Origin: Lepidodermella squamata
Lineage: Eukaryota; Animalia; Gastrotricha
DNA length: 64,000 bases
Direction: 5' to 3'
NCBI GenBank assembly: GCA_047495785.1
Contig: JBLDXI010000058.1
Span: 248,001 to 312,000, forward strand
Shown here in pieces: positions 13,915 through 25,829 of this stretch. The position numbers and the translations under genes were made by a program. Numbering within the stretch: position 1 is the stretch's first letter; each line of letters starts with the position of its first letter. The notes below the pieces were generated by a model, which worked only from the letters and a program-made list of their open reading frames with translations, searched no databases and had not been told where the DNA came from.

Positions 13915-15708
13915 AGTCTGCTGATTGCTATTTATCGTAAATTTCTACGTGTTATATATTATACAAGGTACCATAATGGATGGCTTCAAATAATCAAATA
14001 ATGCTGGGATTAAAACAAAAATTGTACGACAGATGACAGATGTTTGGGGACGAAAGAAGGGAGGGGATTCTTTTTAATTGAGTGCCTAATTCCCCCATTA
14101 TATCATATTTTTAAAGAGGTGGTTTGGTACTAAGAACAAGTTGTGAGACCTGAATTCTGGATTAACGTGTGTTCAGCTCATAATAACCGTGGGGTACTTG
14201 CTAACGCATGGTTTTCTCCTGCTTAATACCGAAAATTCGCTAGACAATATCGTGAATTAGGAAATAGGAAATAGTAATGAAAATGACCTGTAGGCTGTAG
14301 GCTCTAAACGTCAACTCATAAGACCAGGGATCAGCTAATAGGAGGGCCTGTCTGCTAAAGTCCAATATTACAGTGGTGGTGGGCGGCGATATAAGGTTTT
14401 TATAAGGCTTCGTCGCAATAAGAATTATTCAAATCACTAATACACCAGACTATCACACAGGTTTGCAACTTTCACACAGATTCCAGCTTCCAGTAAAACA
14501 AATCTGCAACTTCCGTGTTCCGCGCATCAAGTGAAGAGTTCAATGAAAACAAAAACTGCGATTTTTAAAGTGGCGGGTCTCGGGTTTAAAGGTGACATTT
14601 ATTTTCTGAAGGTCATATTTTTTATTTTATACAGCTGAGAAAGTTAAAGCAGATAGGAATTCTGCAAAGTCGATTAATAATGATTTGAGTTAGAAAACGC
14701 GCAGAAATTCAATTTTGCAAAAACTGATGTGGCTTTTGTGGTAGTTGGCTCTCAGCGGGACCTTTTTCTCCCTCTCTTGGATCTTTGATGCCCCTTTCAG
14801 ACAGTGGCGGAGATTTTTTGGGGTCTCTAGAGGTAGCACTGCTGCTACCAAAGTCTTCGAAATGGAAAGTGGACTCCGGCACCATATCAGAGTTGACATA
14901 AGGGCCCCCTTACTTTTTTTACCCAGTGGCGCCCCCAACTTCCAATCACGCAGCTCGATGGTCAATGCAGTCAGTTTTAATGGGTTATTGCTCGATTGGG
15001 GCCTAGCAGTTTTTGCCTTGTGCATCTTGATATCTTAAGGCTGCCTTTTCGACTGATTATCTTACATTTTTCACCACTCAATTCACTCCATGAAAATGTT
15101 ATCGCCGTAACTGCTCTAAGAGGGTTTTTAGGGTTGGTCTAAGGATGCGTAGGCCTATGAGAGCCTGGTTATACGCTCTAGCTATCTAAAATTAGTTAGA
15201 AAATACATCCTGGTGCCGAGTAGTTGGTGATTTTTCTCCTGGAATCCTGGTTTCCTAGCGTCGGTTGACTGATCTTTTTCCGTCGTCTCTAGTCCCTAGT
15301 CTAGCGGGGCCGTCTTCAAAACTCAAAGCCTCGGTATTTCATGTCAATGGGTGTGCTTTATAATCTTCGCAAAAGCATATTCGTTTGAAGTAACGTTACT
15401 TGAACAATACATACTGCCTAATTTTATCTGAATTCCAGCGGAACTCAACGTATTTTATCCTTGCTTCACATCATCTTTGGAATCATCCAGGTAATTCCAA
15501 AGCTGAGATATAAGAAGCTTTAAATACTCATCGGAAATTTAGTTCGTACCATTAATTCTAATTAGTACGAGAAAAATCTGCCTAGAAATTTTTTCGATTG
15601 CTTCGCAGGCTTTGTGTTGTGTCAGAACTTGGCTGAAGTTTAAATTAATTGATGAATTTCTAGATTATTGTTTAGCATAGCAAGTATATTCGTCAAGGCG
15701 GTTCTTCC

Positions 15709-16963
15709 ATGGCGCTATTTGGCGAAAACGAGGGCCGTAGTTCGATGTCGGAAGATTTGAGGCTATTTGCTGTGATGACTGGAATAGCTGAAATATTCGG
15801 CCTGTTATCGGTTGTGCTGATGTGTGCGTGGTTGACGAATTATTACGATGGATTCTCCATGAATACTTCAATGACCAAGTTTAATCTCCACCCCCTCCTG
15901 ATGACATTTGCCTTCATTTTTCTTTTCGGCAACGGTTTGTTGTTCTACTGCAAAGTTTTCTGTAACTATATAAGTGAACTATTTTATTTCAGCAATCATA
16001 ATTTATCGAGTCTTCCGCCGCCTATCTAAATTTCGTGTCAAATTGGCCCATGCTGGTATTCAGCTGCTAGTTTTTTTCTTAGCTGTTATCGCCATAAAAA
16101 TTGCGTGGGATGGACATGAAGAGCCAGCTGAAAGTGAAGCTGAGGAACATGTTGCAGCTACCGACCATCCCGAAGGTCACCGTCGTCGGCGCCACGCCGG
16201 AATGCACGAAGAGCCCGAGGAAGCGGTTCATTTAGCGACTCTTCATACTTGGTTAGGGTTGGGGACCATCATTCTTTTTGCTGCACAGGTAAAAATCGCT
16301 ACTGCATGTTTTATCGATCAAAGCAATTTTATTTTACAGTGGGTTTTCGGATTGATCTCTTTCTTGTATCCGCAACTTCGATTGGCAATTCGTCAGGCTT
16401 ATATGCCCCTCCATGTGTTTTGGGGCTGTGCAATTTTTGTATTGGGCGCCGCTTCAGCGCTCACAGGAATTGCTATGTTTTCAACTCGATTTGAAAACAA
16501 ACACAAGTGAGTTATTTTTCTATTCTTTATTTTACGGAGGCTCTTTAATATAAAGGCATTAAATCGAAATTGCGCCGATCGCTATAGCTTTGGGCCTCGC
16601 ATTTTGTCCCCTGAAACAATTTATATTTATATATTTTGAAATATACTGTAAGCATATAATGTCAAAGGGTACATCCGGTTTATTGATTTTTCTAGTAGGG
16701 TGGGTAGTAATTCCAGACTGCGTAGCTCATTCACAGTAAAGGCCTTTGACGCATTGGTGTATGAATATTAATAATAAATTTGGCTTTGTGAACTCAACAG
16801 GTTGTCGACTCTCAACGGGGAGGCTTGGCTGATAAATTCGCTTGGCTTCTGCATTGTGGCCTACGTGATCTCAGTTTTATTCATTCTGGCGCAGCCAAGT
16901 TACAAGCGCAGGGCACTTCCTGAGGAGGACGATAAAATTCCCCTGGCTGGAATGTCCGACTGA
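15709..16963 (+). CDS. Cytochrome b561 family transmembrane reductase, multi-exon
   Basis: FNLHPLLM, IIIYRVFR, KLAHAG, TLHTWLG, SFLYP, YMPLHVFWG (four haem His); last exon LINSLG..YKRRALPEE. Confidence 0.9.
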
Positions 16964-17490
16964 GTGCACCTGCCACTGCCGACCAATTCGTAATTGTTTT
17001 CGCGCAGCTTGTTCTATATTGCTGTATCAAAAATCTGAGAAGTCGTCACCGTATCTTTAGTGGCACGATATCTATCATTCCACTAAACCCGCGTTACTAT
17101 TTTCCTGTCAAATTTTATACCACTGTATTCGCTTCCTTATTTCAAACGTTGACAAGAGTTTTTGTGCCATGAAAAAAATGATGGTTGTCTTGTAAAAGCG
17201 GAAACGCGAACACTTTGTTGCGGACATGTACGTTCTACTAATAATGACGTTGGAAAAAATATGTTGATGATGAAGAAAAAAACGAAATATTGTTATGAAG
17301 TAACCTATACATGTGATTTTAAATCCGCCAAACAAAAATTTGTTGGTTCTACTTTCACTTGTCTTCGGAGTTTGTAATAACGTTGTTTTAATCTTTGGGA
17401 TTTTTACTTTTAGATTTTTTGAGAAGGAATGACTCCGTGAAATGTCATTTCATCGACTCAATATTTTTGTATATATTATTCATTGAATCA

Positions 17491-20400
17491 ATGCCGCTAG
17501 CCAATTTTTTCCGTCGTCTTTGGTCATTTCCGTTCGATTTATACCTGCGGCTTCGATTCTACTTGACGCTGTGCATTTTGATAGTGAAAGCCTTCGAACA
17601 GCGCGTCCACCTCTTTATTGCGCTCCAGTTCCGAACATACGGATTTTTCGCCGCCCGCCACCCGTACAGTCTCATTCTCTTCTCAGTGTTGGCGTTTCTC
17701 ATCACGAGTTATCCTTTGACTGAAATTTCATGGACAGAATATCCACCGTTGGAATACGTCGAATCATCTTTAGCTTCACCAACTTGGGTAAGCTTATTAC
17801 AAATTAGATGGAAAAATGTTAATTATGGCGGTTTCGAATTAGTTTCACGGTGAATCCTCCTCTGTAGCTGTTTTGTTACCGATCAGTGTTTCCTTGACTT
17901 TCCAACCTCGGCCACTGCCTGGACGCGTGAGAGGAACGACCACCGAAAATGGAGTGAGCTGTTCGCCCATCCGAACTACCGCGGTGGCTGCCGACAAGCT
18001 GATGGCTACTCTTCGCAACTCAACTGCCCTACCTTATCCGTATGACGAATCATGCTACCGGCCTAAAATCGAAGCTCATATTGGCCCTAAATCGAATTTT
18101 GCTCGGGGCAACGACGAATGCTTTCTCACCGCTCCATTGACATCGTTTGGAAACTACAGGCAGCTCACTCTGCTTTTTGACGAGAAAGGCGCAACAGTCC
18201 CATCTAACCTCACTCTCTCGACTCTGAGCCTTGATTTGATGTTCGGCCAGCCGTTTTCTTCCACGGGTCTTCAGTCGGTCTATTCTGCCTCAAAACATAT
18301 CAAACACCTGTGCGCATCGGCTGTCGGCCATTCGTCTCACTTCGTTGCGTTCGTGTTTTTCATGCCTGGCATTGCCAAGTCCCTTCAAAAAAGTGTTCCG
18401 GCACTTTTTGACGAGTTGCTGCAATCAATTTCGGCTTCTGAACCAAGTGAAGACGAAGCTTTGGCGCAGAAATTGCACGACACCATGGCGGCTCGACCGG
18501 CGCATTTGTATTTTAGGTCTTGGAATTGGTTCGAGTTCTTCCCCATTTTCGTCATCTACATGGCGTTGTTGGGCTACATCTACTTTTCGCTCAGCAAAAT
18601 TGCCATGGTAAAATCAAAAGCGGGCCTAGCCTTTGGCGCCGTTTTCGGCATCGGCGCTTCGTTCCTCGTCGCAGTTGGCATCTGCACTCGGCTCGGCCTT
18701 ACGATTGGCTACTTTTTCTCTGTTACCGATGTTTTCCCGTTAGTTCTTGATACTCTTATTAAGGCGGCTCTTTTTACTCACCCTTTCATTCAGGTATGTG
18801 GTGGTTCTAAACGGATTGGAAAACATTGTGATCATGACCACGGCTGTAACTAATTGCCGAAGAGAATTCAAATGCGACGTTCCTCATTGCATTGCCATGG
18901 GTAAGTCTTCGAAATTTTCAAAATAACAAGCTCTTCAAGTCGGAATTTTAGGATTGGAACTCGAAGGTTTCCGCATGGTAAAGCACGTCTTTCTAGCTGC
19001 TTTTGTAAGCATCATCGGGGTTCTTACCGGCGTACCCCAGATCCGCGATTTCTTCTTAATGGCTCTTATTGGTCTGTGCACCGACTTGCTGTTCCAATTG
19101 GTTTTCTTCTCCGCCGTTCTGGCAATCGACATTAAGCGTATAGAGTTAGAGGTGAGACTTTACATTTCTTCGATTCGAAGTTTTTCAATGTTTTGTAAAT
19201 TTAGGAGCAATGTCGAGGTCAGTTGCAGCAGCACCGTCGTCAACGAAGTGCTGGTGATTTGATCGCAGCAACTGCGGCCGCCAATCACAATTCGGTCTCA
19301 TTAGTCACGTGGCCGTGGTCAATCATTCCCACGTCGCTGCCAGCCGGGGTCGGCGCGGAAGACAACGAAAAAACGCTCGGGTTATCTGTCTCGCTGAGCT
19401 GGTTTCACTCGCGCCGTATCTCATCGCTCTTAGCTGTTTTTGCCATTCTTTTCATCACAATTTTGTACCTTGAGTCATACAATGGCGGTTTTTATTACCA
19501 ATTGATCGTTGCACCTGTTGCCGCGGTTTTAAATCCAGTTAAAGAAATCGAAAACGCAACTTCAACGCTCAATTTTTCTAAGATGAGTCCTACCGAATTC
19601 GATACTTCCCTAGCTTCAGAATGGTGGCGGGCCCTGCCTCGCGGTCACTTTCAGAAACTGTTCTCTGCGGCTTTCGGAATGTCGTTGACTCATCGTTACT
19701 TGACAATTCTAGCACCGTTAGAACTTCATGCCCACGTCCCGTTGGAGCTGGCAGATGTTGGGAAATCTGGTGGGGAATTCTCAACTCCCGACGTGGTTAG
19801 TTCATCACCGTCGACTACAGTGACACTGAGCCCAGAAAATGCCACGCCAAATGAGTCGATTTCGTCCCATTTTCTCGTAGTTATTCTCGTCATACTCAGC
19901 ATGTCTGTCATCGTCAATCTTTCTCTGTTGCTTTACACGTGTTTGAAACGCCGGTTCCAGCCGAAAAACAACTTTTTATCGAATGCGCCTAGCCGGAGGT
20001 CGTCTCGATTTGCCGCTGCGTTTGATTTTGTCACAGCTCACAAGCAACCGAATCACGCGCTTCGAGTTACCCAAATCGCCTCTATGAACAGTCTCATCAG
20101 TGCTGTTTCCTCGAGACTGCGCGTCGCTGGCCCACCAAGCGAAGGTCTTCGCATGGAACCGGTGTCGCCAGATTCGAGCTCTCTAGTCGTGGCGCACTCT
20201 ACCGATGGTTTGCTGAGCGTGATTGATCCAGACTCGGGTGAAATTTTGGCTCAAACAAAGCGGACTATGCCGGTTCCGCGGAGAAGCGCCCCGGATGTAG
20301 TCGAACAGTCTACTGCGCTTTCGTCAAATTTTCCTTGCTGGACATTGACAGCGGCTCTGGATACGATTTTCGTTACCGGTTCTTCTTCAGCTGTTGAATT

Positions 20401-22505
20401 CTACTCGACCCATCGCGACTCTTCTTCTACGGTGGTGAAATATGCCGGTGTGTACGCCTCCACTATTTCGACCGCTGCTGTACGCGATGTGATCGCTCTG
20501 CCAGGGGATAGTCTTTTCGCGGTTGTTTTTGCGGATGGGGCCGTTGACGTGGCGTTGAGGCGGGATGATTCTGCAGTTTCTGTATACTCGCTACGACTTC
20601 GTTCGCCTGTTCTGTCTGCAGCATCTCAAAATTTGTTAGTGCTTACTGCCGCCGATGGTTGTGTGAGGGTGTTGTTTGTTTCGCAACGGCTCAACACGGT
20701 TAGGAATTGCTCGGCTATCTACCTGCCGCCTCACGATGCTGATGGCAGCGAGGAAATATCAGCGGTTAACGTGGAAAGCGTGGAACCCGCTGTTGTGGCG
20801 CTCGGAACCTCTACTGGACGGCTATTGCTATACGAGCTTACCCCGAAGGTAACCGCCGCATCTCAAGCTAATGCGTCCGAGTCGGCAACGGCTGATGCGG
20901 CACTGGTTTTCTGTGAAAGGTTTCCACGGCCGCTTTCGACTTCGTTCTCGATGACTGCTCAAAGCAACGCATCGCCAAACATTACCTCTGCCATATCTCG
21001 CATTTCTGTGAATTGCAACATTTGTGTTGCAGTCAACGTTGCAGGTAATTGCTATTTCCTATATACTTTCTGCTGTTCAATCAGCCTCCAAGAGTTCGTT
21101 TATACAATTGTGAAGCTAGGGCAACATATGCTATTAGAATTTTTGAGTTTTGCTAATTTTTGCAAGTTCACGCCCAATGCGACATGCTCTCAGCTTTCAC
21201 TGCGGTGGATTTTGAATTTTTAGACCTCTTTAGGAAGCCTCCCACCACCACCCCCTTCTTCCTCATAGCTGAAAGATTTTAACTGCTCTTATCGAAAAAA
21301 TTGACATAGCTAATATCCGCCGAGATTCTGTTAGCGTGGTTGCAGCGTGGTGAATTTGTTCCCAATGTGTACAAAGATAGAGAAGACAGGTAATTAAGAG
21401 TTGCTGCGGTTTCATTTTTGACATTGTCATTTTCGATCATTTAACATTTCAAACCCTGACGGCCATGTGCTTTGTTTTAATTAGTGATTTATGGCTCATT
21501 GAGCTTTATAGCAGCATTAGAATCTCACACCGCACATAATTAATCGGTATTGTTCAGTGGATTGATGTAAGAATTGATACTCGAGACATTACATTTTCAT
21601 TCACAGCTAAAATTTCGTGTCAACTGGGGCTTGACATTTCGTCTCTTTCCATCTCAATCAAAAGTTCGATTAAATAGACGGTGACTTGATGGCGTTTAAT
21701 GTCACAGCTCGTTAACGAAGAGCTGAGATGGCCCTTGATCTAATAATTAAGACATTCACCGTGTTATCCGCGTAACGAGGCCGACTTACATTTTCGTCCT
21801 GAAAATAATCAAAATCAGTAGGACAGTCAGTGGCCAACAGACGCTCTTAATAAGATCGACGGTGATCCTTAATTCGTTCCACAGACTTGAGAATCAGAAA
21901 TATCCAGATGTCCCCTCGTCATGGAAAATTTGAATTTGAGCTAAAAAAAAGAAAATAAATTACAAACAATAGTCGGGAGCTTGAACTTGAATTTATCGAG
22001 AGATTTGTTAAACGGTTATTGGTGTGATAATTATTAAATTTTATGATAGTTTTAATAACTTTTATTTCGTTCCGCAGGTTCAGTTTGCGTAATCAACCGG
22101 CGGCGAGTCCCGCCTCTCATCGTTGGTACCCTCCACCCTAATCCTCTGGTCTCTATCTCGGTGCCTATCTCGCCTGTGCTCGACGTCGCAATCGTGCCCT
22201 CGCCGTCGACGTCGCTTTCCATCGGCGACCTGCTCACTTCAAGAAGCGGCAGTGGTTCCGACCTCTTCGCCTCGGCCCACTCCGACGGACGCGTCCTACT
22301 GTGGGCCGTCCGTGACCACTTTCCCTCCCCGGCCGGCATGAGTCTACTCTGCGTCGCTACTGCCCAGTCGCCGGTCGTCTCATGGCCCATCGAGCAGTTG
22401 TACAACATCGAGCGCGACAGTAAGCAAACGGCGCAACTCGTATTTGTTGTACGAAACAAGCTCTGCCGGGTGGACATTCCTCTGAACGTCAGCTACGCCA
22501 GCTAA
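17491..22505 (+). CDS. SCAP: SREBP cleavage-activating protein (sterol-sensing domain plus WD-like C-terminus), multi-exon
   Basis: YGFFAARHP; YIYFSLSKIAMVKSKAGLA; FPYVVVLNGLENI; QLVFFSAVLAIDIKRIEL; loop-7 WRALPRGHFQKLF; beta-propeller-like C-terminus; ~1 kb last intron. Confidence 0.85.
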
Positions 22506-23062
22506 TGAAGGCTTTTGCTCAGCTGTAGCTTTTGAATAACTACGCATGTTTGAACTTCAAAATTATGCACTTGTGTCTACGTCACGGCGGGAAACAGGGA
22601 GTGAATTGACAAAAACACAGCTGCACATCCGCGGAAGACTCACCCTCGCTCGATAATATTCTATAAACGAAAAATTATTTTGATGAATGCTCACAAGTCT
22701 TCCGGATTTACATTGAATACGTTCCTATTATGTTATATATTGATAAAACAAGAGCACCGAATTGCACTGATTAGTTTTGCATGTTACTATTATGATGATG
22801 ATAATACTATTTTGTATACGAAATCGTGAGCCAAGTCGGTTTCGGACGAGAAAATTGATTCAAACGGTGTCTCTGTTTCAAATTTCAGCAAAATCACAGA
22901 TGCTATAATGTTATTTACGAACTATTTGAAATGTTTTTTTTTGCGTGTGAAAACCTGTGGCTATAGTTTGTCAGGCCGGCTGAAAAAAAGAGTCTGTCAT
23001 TGTTGAACGAGTAAACAGATCGTGATTTCATTCTTCGATTGAATTTTTCTTAGTGATAACTA

Positions 23063-25829
23063 ATGACACTGAAAAACTTTATACGCCTCGCTGGGGCTCA
23101 GCGGTCGCTCTACGTGTCGAGCGCCATGGCTGGGAAAAATACGCCCTACGACAGCCACCAGGAAGCTCTCAACCTCGCAAAACGGGCTGCAGCTAAAGAG
23201 CAATACTTCAAAGACTTGAACGAACCCACAGCTGCGCCTCCGCCGTCGACACGAGCTCACATGGAAACAGCTTACTCAGCAGCTAAACGGGCGTTTCAGT
23301 GTATTAAAACGCGATACCAGTAATTTATAGCCAATAGTTTTCATCAATTTCGCTAAATTTGAACTGATTGATAGAAAGCCAGAGCGTGTGTTCGTCGACA
23401 ATGAAGTCAGCCTCGGCGATATCGAAGTGTACGGCTTTGATTACGACTACACTCTCGTCAATTACGAGCCGACAGTGCAGGAGCTAATTTACAAATTGGC
23501 GATTCAGGAGCTCCTAAACCGCTTCCACTACCCAGCTGCGATACGCGAACTACCATTCGACCCCTCATTTGCCATTCGTGGCCTTCACTTTGATATTCGT
23601 CGCGGTTTTCTCTTCAAATTAGACGCATTTCATAAGTGAGTTACTGTTTATTCGGATTTTCGGTCATTTGCTATAACCATCTTCAGGGATTAGTTCAGAA
23701 ATTAAATCATATTTGTAGTTGAGTTTATATTTAAGGTGGACTTTTAAAGAATTTCAGAAATGGAATTGTTAAAATTATTTAAAAAGCCCATCTTAAATAT
23801 TAACTTAACTACAAATTTGATTTAATTTCTGAACTAATCCCTGAAGATATTCCGAAACATCGGAATAAACGCTTTAATTATTCTTAACAAGATTTACTCT
23901 AAAATTATTTAATCCTGAATTCGAATATTTTTTCAGCATTATGTTGGGTACAGTGTATCGCGGCCATCAGCCTGTACCTGACGATCAAGTCATCGCCGCA
24001 TACGGCGGCGTTCATGGTAAGCTTACTTGCACCTATTGACCTCTTTTCAACTAAATGCTTGTCTGTCTTTCAGTCTCAGCAGATAAAATGGAGCCATACG
24101 GAAACGTTAAAGACATACGCCAGTTCATCGATCTGTTTGCGATACCCGAGTGCTGTCTCGTCGCAAATATTTTAGACTACTTCAAGCGGAATTCGCTTGA
24201 AATTGACCCCGCGCATCTATTTTGGGACGTCAGTGAGTGCGTGCGACAGGTATTGAGAGTGCAATAACGCATCTATAGAGGCGGAATGATGCCTTAATTT
24301 TCCAGGTTCATACCTCTGGCACACTGCATGCCGCCATATCGCAGGACCTCAGCCGATACATCGGCGAGCGGTGCAAGCAGAATATCGTTGATCTGCTACA
24401 ACGGCTTTATAACTCAGGGAAAAAACTGTTTTTGATCACAAACAGCCCATACATGTTCGTGAACAAGGGAATGACATATGTCGTCGGGCCTGAGTGGCAA
24501 TCGTTTTTCGACGTAGTAGTGTGTCGCGCCCGGAAGCCGAGCTTTTTCGTCGAGCAGCAAGGCCGTCCTTTCCGGTTGTTTTTGCCTACCTCTAACACTA
24601 CGTCCTGGCGCCGGGTCACGCGTCTGGAAAAGGGCTCTGTTTACTGCGGCGGAAATGTAAAGGCGTTCCGGGAGCTGACTGGATGGTCAGGCGGACATGT
24701 GCTCTATTTCGGTGATCACGTATTTTCCGACCTGGCTGATGCTACCCAGCGCCACGGTTGGCGGACGGGGGCGATTGTGCCTGAGCTGGAACGAGAAATC
24801 ATGATCGCAAACACACCCGAATATCAGAAAACCGTCGGTTGGACCCTCGTGCTTCAGGAACTTATTCAACGCATGGGGCAGACCTGCGATGGGCCTGAGG
24901 AGCGAGAGTTGCTGCAAGCGTGGCGCGATGAGCGTCATCAATTGCGTCTGTTCGCTAAGAACATCTTCAATCCTCGCTTCGGCAGTGTTTTCCGCACTTA
25001 CTCAAATCCCACGTACTTCAGCAGGGTGAGTCGGCTAATTTTTTTTGTTTATTGGGACCGGAAAATTGTTTAGTCTGGAAATAACGCCATGTGTCACGTT
25101 CAATCTCTGCGATTTATGCTCAAGCCTAGATATGAATGGGTCGCCGATTTTTTTCAGCTCGTTGAAATATAAGTCGCTGATTTTTTTCCCAAAATAACCT
25201 CGGCTGAAAATTTTGTCCAAAATTTGTCTGAGCCTCTTAAGTTTTCCCTTAATTGATTAACACGCATTATGTGAATTTGGGTAAAAGGTTTTCCTCGAAA
25301 TATAATCCGAGGTTTGTCGAGCTTCTGACATGTCAATAGCTGAATCGCTGAGGTTGAACATAGTCTATGTTAATTCAATTTAACCTAACAAAAAAATTCA
25401 AAATGTACGCTGTTTTTTGCATGTCTCTAAACTGATCTGTTAAAATTTGTTGAGGCGTTGTTAATTGCAGCTTTTGACTGCTACACGATGAGTTAGTATC
25501 AACTTACATGTAAGTGTTAGTCTTTGCCAAAAATTGATTTTTGGCTATGAAAAGAGCTTTTCGTCCTGACGATTCGCTGAATTTGAGTAATCGAGGCGGG
25601 TGGGAATGTTGTCACCCGTTGAAGATTCGCGAAATCTTCTGGCTAATTGTTCGTTTATTTACAGCGTTTGGGTCGATATGCTGATATCTACACCAGCCAT
25701 TTGGCGAACCTGTTGAAATATCCGCTCGACTTCACGTTCTACCCGAAACGCTTCGCTCTGCCTCACGAAGTCTCGATGGACCCCTTCGAGTCCAACTTTA
25801 TTGATCTGGATGCTATCCTGCAAATGTGA
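23063..25829 (+). CDS. NT5DC3: 5'-nucleotidase domain-containing protein (NT5DC2/3-like HAD hydrolase), multi-exon
   Basis: VYGFDYDYTL (HAD motif I), FAIRGLHFD, LITNSP, ARKPSFF, YFGDHVFSDL, GWRTGAIVPEL, FNPRFGSVFRT, YADIYTS. Confidence 0.9.
23646..23870. mobile_element. Palindromic MITE-like element inside an NT5DC intron
   Basis: ATCTTCAGGGATTAGTTCAGAAATTAAATCA (23679) pairs with TGATTTAATTTCTGAACTAATCCCTGAAGAT (ends 23848), ~65 bp imperfect stem; outer pair GTTTATTCGGATTTTCGG / CCGAAACATCGGAATAAAC. Confidence 0.7.

Noticed and set aside
14690-15038. Overlapping 111-aa and 97-aa ORFs
   Set aside because: Non-ATG starts, no recognisable motifs; probably intergenic or repeat-derived
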